From Marsupella aquatica (taxonomy: Eukaryota; Plantae; Marchantiophyta), in contig OZ316898.1 in NCBI GenBank assembly GCA_973895155.1, positions 15,406,330-15,470,329 on the forward strand: a DNA stretch of 64,000 bases. Direction: 5' to 3'. Made by a program: the position numbers and the translations under genes. Under the pieces are notes generated by a model. That model had not been told where the DNA came from, did not search any database, and saw only the letters and a program-made list of their open reading frames with translations. Numbering within the stretch: position 1 is the first letter of the stretch; every line of letters begins with the position of its first letter. Below are positions 47,357 to 62,099 of the stretch, piece after piece.

Positions 47357-50300
47357 ATGCCCGCCTCGGCAGCATGGGCTCGTCCGGAAGAACTTGTAGA
47401 AAGTCTGAGCTCATTGGACAATACTGCACGCTTGAAGGCTCTGAGAGACGTAAAGAATCAAATTATTGGAAACAAGACGAAAAAGCTCTCTTATATCAAG
47501 CTTGGAGCCGTGCCAAGGGTTGTGGAGATTCTTTCGAGTGATACAGAAGTTCCTCTTCTCGTCCAGTCGGCAGCAGCTGTGGGGAGCTTCGCATGTGGTA
47601 TTGAGGCAGGCGTGCAAGCTGTCCTAGACAGTGGAGTTCTTCCCCAGCTTCTTAAGATGTTATCTTATGGTGACACAAAGGTATGTGTTTATTTTTCCAC
47701 AACATTTCTCTACTGAATGTCACGTTCTTGTCTCGTTAAGAAATAACCGACTGCCTTGATACTTGCCCAAGCACCGGTTAGAAGTTATAAAAGTGTGCGT
47801 GAGAAGAACCGTAAACTGTCTGCAGTGAGGGGCGTTTTTATATCGAGGGACAATCTTCACTGTCGTGTTAGACAAATTTATCACTACATCAAGTTGAGTT
47901 AGAAGTGGAGAGACCGAGGTGAATTCTGTCATGGGCAGGATCATTCATTTGTTCTACTAGAAATGCACCTTCATGCATTGAATCTTCGATCTATTTCTTG
48001 CATTTCAATTTTCTAACATGGGTATTATTAGAACATTAGGTTTTCGTGAGTCATGAGCAGTCTTCGTTTCCTATCTGTTGAGTTTTTAGGGTACCGAGGG
48101 TGCCAGCGGACGGAGAATTTAACTGGTGCAGCGCTCAGCTTCTTGGACTGTGTTACCAAAGCTACTGTTTGTCGTCTGAATGTTGTCTGTGGCGGTCTAT
48201 TATTCTGATAGTATTTTGGATCCTAAGCCGACAGATGTGGGATGGCCGCTTTGATTTTGCAATATCTGGTTCGCACTCATTTGTAGCTCTTTTCTGATTT
48301 TTAATTTTCCAGTTGATTATGGGTGCAATAAGTTTGCCGCTCCTTGACCGTTCCGTCTTTTGGACAGGTGGTGGAAGCATGTGCCCGCTCTTTGAAGATG
48401 ATATTCCAATCCACTTTGGCTCCGAAAAGCGATATGTTGCAGGGCCAGAGGATGGAGTTAATACTTGAGCTACTAAACAGCGACAATGACAGTGTGGCAG
48501 AAGTTGCCGCTAGTGTTCTGGCGAGGTGCTGTGAAACAATTGACCATCAACAGGCTCTAGGTGAAGCAGGGGGGTTGCAGAGCCTTGTGGGTCTTCTTTC
48601 AGGATCGTTGAAGAAGCGGGAAGCAGCATTGGATGCATTGGCTGCTATCACCAGGGGTAATAAGCAGCTGTCCTTGGCTTTGATAAGCATGGATCATGGG
48701 AGGTCTTTGGGCACTATTATCAAGCTCGTGAAAGATAAGTCTCCTCGGACAAGGTTACTTGCTTGCATGTGTCTATCGAATATAGGAAAGGTATCCCCTT
48801 CAAGCTACCAGCAAGAGTGGGACATGAGAGCAAGTATGCTCGCCACTCTAGTGAAGCTTTTTGATGAACCTGGGCAAGTTGGGGAGGAGGCGCCCGGTGT
48901 TCTAGCGGATCTAGTTAGTAACAACGAAGAACTTCAAAAGAAGGCTTTTGAAGTCAATGCTATTGAGAAGTTGGCTGAGTTTTTACAGAAAGACCCGGTG
49001 TCACCAAAGCAGCTAGAGGGTGTTCTCATGGCTTTGGCAGAGCTCTGTTCACGATTGGAAGACAGCAGAAGGCAGCTCTTGAATTTACAGGTGTGTTGTG
49101 ATACGAGTGGTACTTGTAGGGTATGCAATTTACGCTAGCACCTCTCTTGAAGTTTTCTCAGAGTGTCAAATCATTCGCAGAGTCCAACAAATCAAAATTT
49201 GAAGGCACTGTAACACGATGTCTGTGGCAGGCTGAGGTTTCCTCGGTGTTCGCTCATACTGGGTACGAGCGGATGTTCTAGATTGGAATAGAGTAATCTG
49301 GTGGTCATATGCATATTTGTATCTTGGCTGGGTGTGAATTAGTATTTTGGCTGACCTTTTTCCTTCTTAGTAGTCACGCACCGGGCACATGTGCTTAGAA
49401 GTGAACCTGCGCTTACAGGCTTTCAAAATTCCTGTGTATGCATCTTTTGGCTCAATCTAGGCTTTAGACCAACTCTTTAAAGTATGTTGACCTAGAAGGT
49501 CCTCCCTTAGTTTTCTGTACTCATGGTAAGGTTTCGCTACAACTCTCCTCTCCTCTCCTCTCCTCTCCTCTCCTCTCCTCTCCTCTCCTCTCCTCTCCTC
49601 TCCTCTCCTCTCCTCTCCTCTCCTCTCCTCTCCTCTCCTCTCCTCTCCTCTCCTCTCCTCTCCTCTCCTCTCCTCTCCTTAAAGATTGGAATCACGTGTA
49701 GAGCTGCTGAAAATGTTGTTCTCTGTGATGACCACTGTGGGACAGGTACAAACCCATATCATTGCAGCTTTGGAACATTGTTCTGTTGGAGTGCGGGGTG
49801 CTGCATGTTCTTGCCTTAAAAGTCTCTCACGTTCAGTCAAGGTTTGTTGTATTTCTTCTCCCACCCTGGCTTGGTCGACATGGGCGTTCGATCTACTAAT
49901 CTGCCATGCTATTGAAAGCAGCCGTTGATGGTGTGAATCTTAGAGAATGCAGTATTACTTATGTGTTCTTCAACTGTGCTCCAAAATGCAGAACCTTCGG
50001 ACAAGCTTGACAGATGAACGTTTAGTACTTCCACTTTTGAAGTTATTGGATGACCCATGTTCAGATATACAGGTACTAGTTCATATTGTCCTGCTTGGTT
50101 TGTTTTAGCAAGACTACTAGTCTAATTTGTGTGAGGCCGATCTGTGTGCAGCCTTGGACTGCTATCGAGGACAAGCGTGCCATTTATTGTCTGTAGGATT
50201 GGATACTAGGTCAGCTTTTGAGATCCAGTTTGGTATTTTATTTCTAATCATTAGCCTTGACGTTTAAGATCTCCATGCCGCTTTTTGCGCAGGCATTGGC

Positions 50301-51674
50301 TTTATCTGCAGTGAGCAACATTGTGCTGGACTTCACACCCCACAAAGCAGTTGTGTTCAGGTGTGGTGGTGTGAGTCAACTCATACAGTTGTCGCAGTCC
50401 ATGGATCCAATTCTGCGGCTAAATGCTGTTTGGGCTCTGAAGAATCTTATCTACATGTCTGATAAAACTGTGAAAGAGCGGGTCATGGGGGAGCTTACAT
50501 TCAGCTCGTTGGTGGACTTAATCTTCGGTAATGCCATAGACAAGATCTGGACTTTGAACTGCTTCTCTGTTTCTCGAGAATTTGATTCAAATGAGGCATA
50601 GTCGGTTAGGTTTACTGAGAATCGAAATCGTACATATTGTCCTTACAGATTCCGAGGAAAGGGTTCGGGAGCAAGCAATGGCATTAGTTCGAAATCTTGT
50701 TTATGGTGATGAAGATTCTGTGAATCTTGCTTTTGTTCAAGATGCAGTTTTGCTTGAAGCTGTTGTAAAACAGCTTGGCACTGCCTCACAACCTGAAATT
50801 TGCATCCAGGTTTTTTTCTAACTGAACTTTGTTGTGCTACGCGGAAGTCCTTCATTGTGGGTGTTCAGGAGTTAGGACAGGTTCTGGCTATCAATGGGTT
50901 CTGGCCATATCGTTGGATCAGCTTCATCACAGAGTGAGAATTTTGCTTTTCCATGAAGTTTTGAAGAGTCAATTCTAAATCCCCTTACTCTAACTGGATT
51001 TTGCAGGGGCTTTATGCTTTAAGCAATGTAGCAGCTGGCAATGACACTCACAAGGAGGCCGTGATGAACATCATGTTTTCATCATTGGCCTCCCCGAGTA
51101 TTGGCAAGAGCCCATGCTCATCATTGACTAATGGCCGGAGCTCATCATCGCTGCTCATGAAATATTTACAAGATATGAGCAACCCCCAGCTTCGTGTGGT
51201 GGCTGTGTGGTGTATTATCAACCTCACTTATCCTAAAAGTCCTGGTGCCTTTGATCGTATTCTAAGGCTTCGAGAAAACGGTGTGGAGGCTTATTTGCAA
51301 AAGATGGCCGATGATCCCTGTTTAGATGTGAAGGTTCGTAACGATTGACAATAGCCTCCATCTTCTATTCCAAATTTCAACCTTTAAACCAATCTCCGCT
51401 AATGGCTTACGGGATGAGTTTTTTTTTGTTTTAGGTCGTGTTAGTCGATGATATTTTAAAGATTCTTTACTCGGTATGGATTGCATTTTCCTTCCTCTGG
51501 TTTGCAAATTTCTCAGTATTGGGCGCAGAATAATAAATGTTTCAGAATGCCTATGAGAGTCGGGCAGTGACACTAGGCATACCAGTAACATATTCCTGTA
51601 TTCTGGTTTTGCAGGATCGTGTGAAAACAGCTTTGGAGCACTTTTTAAATGTTGGAGATGGCCCTACAAACTAG
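47357..51674 (+). CDS. ARMC8: Armadillo repeat-containing protein 8 homolog (GID/CTLH complex subunit), ~668 aa, 8 coding exons
   Basis: LKALRDVKNQIIGNKTKKLSYIKLGAVP, AAVGSFACG, LSRSVK|NL, SNIVLDF, LRLNAVWALKN, EQAMALVRNL. Phase-consistent exons 47357-47680, 48368-49090, 49746-49841, 49992-50072, 50293-50527, 50649-50809, 51007-51333, 51615-51674. Confidence 0.93.
49543..49678. repeat. (CTCCT)n microsatellite in ARMC8 intron 2
   Basis: Perfect pentanucleotide run of ~27 units. Confidence 0.98.
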
Positions 51675-54110
51675 ATGAATCCCTGATAAGAGCCCTGCTT
51701 CCTCATTATGTAGACGTGGTTGGGACTGTACAGCAGAGATCCCTTTGATGTTGGCATCAATTATCAACAAGCTTCTCATGGATTTGACGGAGTTGGAATC
51801 TTATGAGAGAAGCTTTGCGTGGTTCTCGGCAACTGATATTACTCTGGGCTGTGGAAATATCGTGAAATCAAAACACTCGGATGGAGCAAACGCGGATGTG
51901 ATTACGGAAATTGGCAGTTATTTGGCATCTGCTAATCAAGCTTCTGGTAAGCTCGAGGGCATTGTCTCTCATCTCTGTAGTTCTGATTGCAGTAGGAGAA
52001 ATATGTCATGTCGGGCAGGAGAGATGTTAGGTTTCAACTGATTTTCAGGACGCCAGAGTCTGCTATTTTTGGAAAGGAATTTTTACAAAGTTGGTTCGGA
52101 TAGTGGCAGTGACGTGCAGCGTAAGATTGGGAAGATTTACTTGACATTTAAATTTGAGATCTCCCGGCCTGAATGTTGGATGATATAGATTGGAAACTCG
52201 CACTGTTAAGTATCGTGGGTCATGAAACAGATTTGTACTGTCCTGTCCGAGCTTGTCCTGATCCTCACTTGCTCGGTGATTCAGGGGCACTGGGTAGTTG
52301 TGGATCGAAATCTTTGACAGATCACTTATCGCTTGGCTTAATCAGTCGACTTCATGAAAATAGTGAGTTTTCTCTGTTGGTAGTTTGTGAGATCTGGCTG
52401 TGGTCTCTTGTGTCATCACAGTTACTCTGTGCGGTATATTCATCCAGAACTTCTGCAGCAATTAGGTCACTTTCGATTGCAGTTCTCCATCTACTAGAAT
52501 AAGGAATATATCCAAACGTCATAGCGTCCTTCATTTCTGAAATCAAGTCAGGTTATTTCTCCATAAGACTCTCAGGAGCTGTCTGGTCCGTACCAACTCT
52601 CGTCTTGTATCACTCGACTCTGGTTTTTCCACATCCCGTTTCACGTTTCACGTGTGGAAATTGATTTCACCCGTTTCATGGTACGTAGAGTCTGTCAGAT
52701 TATTCTTGGTTCTAACCTTGGTTCAGAAGAGCATACTGTTGGTGCATAGTGTGTGGAATTGCATAGATAGCTTGGCATAGTCTTGCCCTTGCATGCAATC
52801 ACCTTCTGCATGCAGCACAATCCGGTTCTCTTTTGCCAATTTTGTTATCGACGAATAGAGTAGGTCTGCTCCTTATGCTGAGAATGCGAATCATTACCAT
52901 TACCATTACCATAATCATCCATGTTATGTGTGGACGACGTAGTAAACAGGAAGAAAGGACATTATTAATTTGAAAACAACGGAAATGACTAGTGGGACAG
53001 AGTTTCAATGGCTTACTTTTAGACCCTTCAAGCTCTAGATCTGTATGTCCAGTATGCGATAGGAGTAATTTGTAGAATGCAAAAGTCAAATCCAAATCGG
53101 TTGGAATTGATTCATCCTTTACTCTAAAGGTGCACGGTAGTTTGTCTTTTGGGCCGTTCTTGTGGACTGGTCTTCTTTGTGGCCGTTTATAAAGGAAAGG
53201 TCGCAAGCCTCGTTTATATTTTCCTTTTTGGTCCGGACGAGACTGCATGCTGTACACTTCGGTTCGGTTAGTTTTCTACATACACCACCCGTCGTTCTGA
53301 AAAGGAAGCACGTGGCAAACTCTTATTTCAAGCATAAGCATGGTTCGCTTGTCATAGATAAAAATAGCTAGTTGTTGGATCTGTGATCTGTTAGTAAGGA
53401 CGATTGGAGCTCACACCTCATGCTCAGGTGAAAGTCAAACATTTCGTATCAAGTCAATTTTCCAACATTGCTCAATCAGATCTGGACACAGTGTGGATGA
53501 CGATGGTTTTTCTCCTCACATTTCTGAAGAAGCATGAAGTGGTTTGCTCAAGAACGCATTTCTTGCTCACAAAAGTTCTTGCATCTCCGTTGGCGCTCCT
53601 TCTGACATCATGGCCCTCTCATGCCAGTTCCGAAGGGCATAAAATGTTCCGAAAGTGGTCATGCAAGTGTCTCATCGGAGAAATCACTGCGCCATTTCCA
53701 CGTTGGTAGGATTTAGGATTTTGTTGTATTGTTCTAGTTGGAAAACTAGGTTAATTTGGTGATTCCCAACATTAATGTCGAATGCACTAATTCGTATGGA
53801 GTGATGAATCATCCATTAGAATTTCTAGCCATCTCAACCTACCCAATGAAATAGCGAGGTCATAACATTTTTGACTCTCATTCTCCATGTAAGCTAACAT
53901 CAACAATCCAGACTCTTTGGCCTCAATACCAAGGCTTTCATACGCACCGTCGAACCTATCGAATCAAAATCCTCAAGATCAAAACCCTCCGCAAACTAAA
54001 GCTTGAATGAAAATAGTTTTCCATCACTGTCTAAAGTTGCCAAAGTTAGCTCGAGAAAATTGTATGAACCTGACTTGAGGAGTTGAGGTACAGTGTAGAA
54101 CGAAAAATTT

Positions 54111-54372
54111 AAAAAATTGAGAATACTCATTACTGAGCGGCAGCAAATTCACTCTTCATTCACGCGGGCTCAAACGATAGCGATGCAGTTCCTGCGTTTG
54201 AGATTTCTCTGGTGCAAGAGAACTTAAAATGAGCTTGGCATGAAAAATTGGAGAATACACATTACTGAGCGGGAACAAATTCATACTTCATTCACGCGGG
54301 CTTAAACGAGAGCGGCTCCTGCGTTTGAGATTTCTCTGGTGCAAGAAAACTTAAGATGAGCTGGGCATGAAG
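54111..54372. repeat. ~130-bp tandem duplication, intergenic
   Basis: gagaatac.cattactgagcgg...ttcattcacgcgggct...cctgcgtttgagatttctctggtgcaaga...ggcatgaa occurs twice. Confidence 0.88.
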
Positions 54373-55266
54373 TATTGGCTCCAACCTTTCTTCGCGTACC
54401 CGTACAGTCTTTGGTCTGGTGGTAAGAAGCCCATGTAGATACTTAGTGGGACAAGTGACGGCATAAATAATCCAATAGAATTTGTCACTTATAAGAAGAC
54501 AAAGAACTTTTTGTAACCAGGGATGTTGATTAGAGGTGACCAGAGGGAAAAGGTAGGTGGGTCTGGTTATGTTTAGGGTTAGGCGAAATGAGCAGACGCA
54601 GAGAGCGTAGGATGGATAAACATTCAACTGTGAAATCCTGGACAAGGTAAGTATCCTCCTCGAGTGAGTGGGACACTTGATCGGGAAGGGTTGATTGATT
54701 CTAAATAATGGGAGTGTTTGCTTCAGTTCTTGTGCCTGAGAAGGATTGTTGGAAAAACTCGCCTTCGTCTCGGACTGAAAGCTGAAAAGTCTCCTGAGGA
54801 CGAAGCTTTCCGGAAGTTCAGAGAGCTGGATGGCGAGGGAAAAGACTATGTGAGGTTGATGACGGAGCTGGTTATTACGTTACTTATTGTGTAATAGTGG
54901 CGTATCCGTAGACGATCAGAGTTGTAGTGAGTTGAATGACAGGCCCTGCCCTAATTCCAGTCCAACGTGCACTTATGGCGTTGAAAGAATGATTACGGCC
55001 CATTTGCAAAGACTTGGTCACAGGGGAAAGACAACGGAGTGAATGATAAGCAGAACATGGGATGCAGAGAACTGGAAAACGTGTAGTGTGTAGGTGTCGA
55101 TTTATAAGTTAGATACATGACCTAAGTCGGGAGCTGACGAGTTTGTCGATCGTTGAGCATCATTCTGTCCAAGCTACCCACGTTGTACTGTCTCTTCTAT
55201 GTGCCAAGTGGGGACTCTTGGACCACAAAAGTATTCCTTCACCCATTCGCGTTGGGTCGTGCTGCA

Positions 55267-57693
55267 ATGTCGTCGTCGGTGGATCCAGAAAATCATGAAG
55301 GCAAGTCCGACGGAATTGTTGAAGAGGAGGAGGCCGAAAAGGAGCTTGCCGCACAGATGCTCAAAGCTGGTGCTGTGCGTTTAAAGGGACAGCCAGAAGT
55401 GCGCGTTGCCGGTTGGACCATCCGGACGAAGAAATGCACCATTCTGAAAATGGATGAAGTTGAACGGTGAACTTCCTGTTGCCGTTGGAGGCGCCGGGGT
55501 TTTTGCATGTGTATTGTTAAGGCAGCTTTGCATCCCTGTGATTGGTGATTGGAAAGTAATTCACAATTTCTAGAGTATAATTGGATAGTTTGGCCACTCT
55601 CTTGCAGACATATCCTATGGGACTCTGGAGAATGGCCTATTTTCTTCCCCTCTTAAGACTTGAACCATCTTGATTGCCGCTAACTTTTTTTTTCGAATCC
55701 CGAATTTGCGAAGAACGTTGTGTCAGTGCCCGATTCTTTAGTTTATGAAATTCTAGTCAGGCAATCATTATGCTCGGCCGTTCTTGCCGTCATGCCACAT
55801 TTTGTCCCAAGAGTCCTGTGGTTCCAAAGGTGAAAATTGGCCACACATGGATTAAGGCAATGCAAGGGATGGTTGGGAATAGGTGGGAGAAGAAATTGCA
55901 AACCACTCATCTACCAGAAATGGTATTTGGAGACAGCGCTTTGGAGCTACTGCACGAAGCCACTGGGCTAAAAATCCATTTCAACCCTTTTGACGCGCTC
56001 CTTGGTTGGAAGAAAGAGAGTTTACCTCCTGTCGAAGTCCCAGCTGCCGTCAAGTGGAAGTTTCGTAGGTAGTGTCCTCGATCTTATTTTACCCTGCTAA
56101 ATCTTCACACTGGGCTTTTTTTGGCATTGAATTTTCTGGTTCAATGTAGCTAACCTAGTTGTTTTGATATATGCTGGTTGACTGCAGCAGGCCAAGTCAA
56201 CAAGTGATTTTAGATTACGACTACACATTTACCACTCCTTATTGCGGGAGTGAGACCATTGAACAGAATATGCAGGTCTGATTTCAGCTGCCACAGAGTC
56301 TGATATTTTGCTTATAAGCTGTTTGAAGCCTGATGAATCTCGTTTTCTTTTTCCTTCTAACTTTGCCTTTGTTACTATTATCCAATGACGCTCTCTCTTC
56401 CAGCTGTATATCTTGCTGATTGAAAGCTGTCTTGCGTAGCTGAACGACGATTTCAGCTGGAGATTCTCTTGAAGTACTGACCAAGGTGTTTTATTTTAAA
56501 ACAGACTTCCTTAGTGAATGAGCGGCTCTCTGATACTTTGGAGAGAAATATTGTAGTTGGTGCGGCAACCAGTCTGGCCTGGGTAGAATGTGAAGAGCGA
56601 ATTGATATGGTTGCTCTGCAAGCAAAGGATCCTATCTTGTTTTATGACGAGGTAAGTTTCTGTGTAATCTGTTGCCCCTGGAGAAAGCTTTTGGTGGTGC
56701 AGCAGACAATCATGATCTCTTAGGATGACTCTAGGAAGGCTTTTTGCTGTAAGATCGACTGACCATCTGACTTTAGTGTTAATCATGTCGCCACCTGGCC
56801 TACGTCCTCGCTATGCCCAACTATTACCTCTGTGCCAAGCCTGTAAGCGTGACACTTTAGGAACACAAGGCATACCAACGATTCAAATCACGCCATGAGT
56901 GTCGAATTACGCCTTCTCATTCTTTCTCCAACTGTTGACAGGTTGTTTTGTATGAAGATGAACTAGCAGATAATGGGATATCCCTTCTGACAGTGAAAGT
57001 GGTAAGAGTCGTTTGTACGTTCAATCCTTTTTGTTTTCTGTGTAATAGTTTTCTGCATGGGTTCGCCTTCCTTTGGGTAGGTCTGAGCTTAATTACCGTG
57101 CCCCACGTCCCGGTGCAGTAAGGGGATTTAGAAGTCTAGTTGATGTGTAAAATGTCAGTATGCCATTTACCCAATGTACTTTGGTAGCTCACCTATGCAG
57201 CTGACTTTTGCAGAGAGTCATGCCCACGTGTTGGTTTCTTCTGCTCAGATACTGGGTAAGCTTTTGAAACGGCAACAATAGTTGCTCTTGAAGTCGAGTT
57301 ATTCGTTTTGACCCTTTGAACAGAGGAGTTAGGTGAACATCGTTATTGTGGCAGCGGAGTTTGCTATCGAAGGTAGATTACATATGGCACCCCAGAGTAG
57401 CCAAAGACGACAAAGAAACTAACATTGTCTCTTGTATTGTTTATTAGCTGCGTGTGGATGGAGTGTTGATGAGGTTGAGGGATACTCGAATGTTTTCAGC
57501 TTTCAGTAGTGATCCAAACGTGTTCCCAGTTATTCTGAGGGAACGATGGATAAAGGAGGACACTTTCCAGGCTTTGGTTTCCAGGGGTTGTCCTAGCGAT
57601 TCAGCTGCTTATGCAGAGCCCAGTGCTATCGCGGACTATTTACAAATTAAGAGTCATGTTCAGGAAAAACTGATTTTGACACAAAAGATCTAG
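55267..57693 (+). CDS. TIP41: TIP41-like protein (TAP42-interacting PP2A regulator), 7 exons
   Basis: [73 protein letters not shown]. Exons 55267-55466, 55883-56068, 56188-56275, 56505-56651, 56942-57001, 57214-57255, 57448-57693. Confidence 0.96.
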
Positions 57694-58969
57694 AAAGAGC
57701 GGAGCCCTGACGTTGACCATCACATTCAGGCGAAGCTGATCAGATGCCAAGGAGAATTCCTTACATCATGTAAAGGACCAAGTTCTACCAAATCTAGCGT
57801 GTCTGCTGTCAGTGGATTGTGATGCGCAACCACATTTTCAATTACAACTAGCGGTGTATGTTCTCCTAAAACATAAATGGGTAGCATAATGCTTTGAAAG
57901 CGGACATTTTGAGGGTCCCGAAGTACCAATTCAGGTCTTGACATCTTGATTTTCACACTTCCCAACAAAATAATTATCTCCTTCTTCTGGGAAAGAGGCT
58001 ATGACTTCTTTTTTGTAGAGTTTTTTAAAACTGGTAACTGTCCTGATATTGGACAAAGTTGATGTTGTATACTTACTGCTCTGTGGCCTTTGTAAATGAG
58101 GTATGTCCTGTTCGGGAGTTGGGCTTGAGATCTCAAGCCATAACTGCACTCGACACCTGTTTTGCAAAGAGGCTTTTATCTCAAACATTTTGAATTCAGC
58201 TGGTTTGTCCCGGGATTAAGTGTGGTTTGAGACGCTACCAGTTGTAGCCTCTGTTTGAGGACATACGTAAGTTTGTTTAAGACTGAAAATTACCAAGATC
58301 TTTAAACATAATGCCCAATATGTACGCCCGGGCCAATTGCACCCTCTGCTTGAGGATGTACTTAAATTATAGTCAACTTGCAAAATCTCCAACCCAGGTG
58401 ACATTATTCCAATGGCAAAATAACCCAATGAAGGGGAGGAAAAGAGGGGAAAGACATGGCCCTCAAACCAACTGCCTCAGCTCTAGGAAGGAGAGTGAAA
58501 TTCTGGGCCCGCTTAAGAGCCACAGACAACCCCTGCCAAAAAAAGGTGCTGATGACATAAACAAGGGGGAAAGGTCTCCTCTCAATACAAAACTCTGCAT
58601 AGGCCTGAAGAAATTGGTCGAAGGTAGGGTGGAGAGCACCAAAAATCTCAAGGGCAAAGGGGTACAAAAGATCCCTCAAACTGTATAGGCCTCCTCCTTG
58701 AGTCGGACCGCCTTGGCAATAGCATGGCCAGGCACATGGGCGGCAATTGCAACATGGCTCCCCCTGATAGGATAACCACATCCCCAAGAGCACGAACTAG
58801 TCGCGGAACTCGACTACCTTAACACTTAGCTCTGGCGTCGCTGACTCTAACGCCGAGCTCCCTTATGGTCCAGGCTCGGATAGGCCATCCGGGGAGGACT
58901 TAGCATAAGGAGACTTGTGGGCAATGAGACGTGGCACTGGCAAAGGCAAGGCGCTAAGCTCGTGACACA

Positions 58970-59404
58970 CACTAAGGACTTAGACTAGCAGAGGGCTGGT
59001 CGGGTCAAGGGGAAAAGGGGTCGTCCTCAAGGTTGACCGTCCGGACTCTTGGACGGACTTTGAGTTATGAGGGCTTGAGTGAGAGCTCATCTCGGGCCCA
59101 AGGCCAATGGAGTTGACTCCATGGGCAATGAACGCTTGGGGCGCGAGTTATGGCCCAATCCAGGTTTGGCTGATCGGGGGCCCCGGGCGACGATGCAATC
59201 TGAGGGCCTAGGCATGAGCATTGGGTCGGCCCGATCACAACGGGCTAAGGCACTCCGCTTGCGGGACGCCTAACTAGAAAGTTATGGGCATTGTCAGTTG
59301 GTGGCGCGCCCATACATGCGGGTTGGGGACCAAAGTTGGTCCGGGGGTGGCAGGTCTCCAGAAACATATATGAGGGGAGTGGTGTCTTCCTAGGGGCTAA
59401 GGGC
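58970..59404 (+). repeat. Dispersed TE-derived repeat, copy 2
   Basis: Homologous to 37332-37753. Confidence 0.75.
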
Positions 59405-61750
59405 GAGCCGAAATCATGAGCTACGGCGGTCGTAGCAGTAAGGAAAAATGTAAAACGGAAATGACGATAACTTCCCAAAGGGGAGTCCGTTGGAGGATTT
59501 CTTGGATGTGTTGGAAAGCTCTCAAGGAGGGCTACATCCTCCTGGGCTCAGTTGGGTCTAGGGATGCCATAGGTTCTCAAAGATTGCGGGGGCTATCTCG
59601 CCCGCTTGCCAAATCCTGCCGAAACAGCAGCCAAGCCGCGTTCAGTCTCTCAATGGAGCTTGCATTGGGGAGGCAAGGCCAAGTAGGCATGGAGGTTGAG
59701 TTCCAAGGGCACTTGGCCCCTAGACCATCAGTGAGGTGAGAACCGGGAGTTGGTTGCTAGAGTTAGGGCCATTCCGGTCCCGGCGTGTTGGGACAAGCTT
59801 TAGGACAAGCTACGTTATTTGGGCCATGAGCTTGTCCGGGGCAGGGCGGTCAGTTGGTGAAATGGATAGGTACAAGGGGGGACCCGGGCTGCACCCAAGG
59901 AAAGAGCTATTTTGGATGAACAGTGGGTGTCAGTTCTAGTTTCGGCTTGTGGCATCGGGAGAACCTATTGTTGACCTACTTACCAATGTCTGTTGAGCTT
60001 GAGTTTGGATGCTAGACTTGCGAGATCTAGATCCTGAGGGGTTACTTATCGAGATGCTTGGTTGCTTGTGCAGATAGTGAGGACCATTGAGTAGCAGTCA
60101 TGTTGGAGAGCAAGAGCGGTAGGCAAGGGGCACTAGGTTGCTTGCTCAAGGTATTCCGTGGAAGCGTTCGGGCACCAGGGGCACTTAGGTGTGGGTGCTG
60201 GGATTGGTGAGGGTGTTGGGTGGCAAGGTCCACCATTAACCCCAACCCTAGAAAAGACCACATCCACCCACCGCCAATCAGGAAGACCATCCCAAGGGGG
60301 AAGACCATGGCGACATGATGGTAACCAAAGTCTCGAACAATGGCAGCCACCACGCCTCAAATGTCATCATGGGTGGCAGCCCTCTCGCTCCCATGGTTGC
60401 ACGTGGGGATATGAACTCCCAACAAATCCAACAACACCCCACAAACACACGTGGATTGGCCAAGAAGGCAAGGGTGAGGAAGTCCTAACTGTGGAATGGC
60501 AAAAAGAAGCATTGGAGTGGAAATGGCAGATTTTCAAACATTTAAACCTTACTTGAAGCTTCTTTTGGTCTATCCGTCACCCTTTAACCCATTTAAAGCC
60601 TCAAAGGAACGTTATGGAAGAAAGTTAAGAAGTTTGAGTTTGGAAGGAAGAATCGCTTTGGACAAATAATTGCTTGAACACTACAGAATCGGTTTAGACT
60701 TTCGGCAACAACTTTGACAGAACAAAGACTACATAGTTTTGGCCCTTGACTCATAAATTGTTTTACCTCTTACTTGAGCTTTATTTTAGTTAATTAGGAT
60801 CAGATTTAGAATGACATCACTTGTCACTTATGGAGTCTCAGATTTAGATTTGTAAGGGTCTTACCTTTACCTTGTCTCTTAGAGTCTAGAATTCCTTTTA
60901 GATAGGAATAACCACACTAACCTAAGTCGTAATGAAGTGGTAAAGAGAAATGAGCTCATACAAAAAGGGGCCCACAAAAGACTAGCAGACAACCAAGCTC
61001 TAGAACCCATTCCTGCACAAAATAGGAAGTGAACCCAAACCAAGTTGGAAGGTGCGTCCAAGAGCATGCTTGAAAGGTGTGATGGTGCATGCAATCAAAA
61101 ATCACTTGTTGGACATGGTCCAGATTGTCTAGAACCACCTCCATGAAGTTAGGAACAACGGCTTGCATAATCTCGGGTAGGAGTGAACGGGACTGGCAAA
61201 GGCAAACCTGGAAAGGGAGGGCCCCCTCCTCAACCCCCATGATGTGGTCAAAGAGGATGGGCTGGAGATCCACAATGAAATGAGAAGCAAGGGCAGGGGC
61301 CACCTGCGCCTACCAAGGAACCCATGCCACCGCCAGAAGGCGGCAAGCCAGCCTGCCAAGCAGCAAAATAACCATCATCTCCATCAAGGGTTCCAAGGCC
61401 GATAAGGTGTCCAAAGGTCCCCATCACAGTGGTGTCAACATATGAGAGCAAAGACAAAAACAAGGGCTTCGGACAAAGTTGCATTGGACCAAACTCATGA
61501 AGGCAATCTGAACGTTGCCAAGGGCCACCAACTGGTTGATGTGAAAATATCTTGAGATAATGCCACCTGCAAAAACTCACAAACAAGAGCATTCTCCTCG
61601 GATGGAAGCCCCACGACCCGAATGCCCTCCTCACAAAGGGGGACACCAAGGGGAGGGGAGAAAGAATCCAGGAGAGGATGTTGAGACCAGACCCGCACTT
61701 CCGAGACTGCACCGAAAGGCCAAGAAGCGCAAACTGGTCAACAAAGTGGA

Positions 61751-62099
61751 CGTTGAGCATAGACGACAATTGCAACGACAAGCCCATGAACCATCCAACG
61801 CACAAGAGTCAACACAGAGAGATACGGGGTTCACCTCCACATGAGGCTACGTCCACGGGAACACACAAGAGCTTTACTGCACTCTAGGTCGACCATCCAT
61901 ACCAATCATCCACAGCAAAAGCTGTCCCTATCTCTCAACTAGTTGCGTAACAATGAGCCTGAGTTCCTTCTCTCCAAACAAACACCGCTTTGGTATATAT
62001 AGTGTGTGCACAACATGACTAATCTAACCTATTTTGTGACTAAGGTTAGCCCTAACTACGGTATAGTCGCTACTCTAGACCTAAGAGTACATCCTAACA
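61751..62099 (-). mobile_element. Solo LTR (~350 bp, Copia-like) inserted in the CRE-like RT
   Basis: Minus-strand TGTTAGG...CTATGCTCAACG (CA mutated). TSD GTGGA at 61746-61750 and 62100-62104. Confidence 0.85.

Noticed and set aside
49523-49819. ORF with SSPLL repeats
   Set aside because: Translation of the intronic (CTCCT)n microsatellite.
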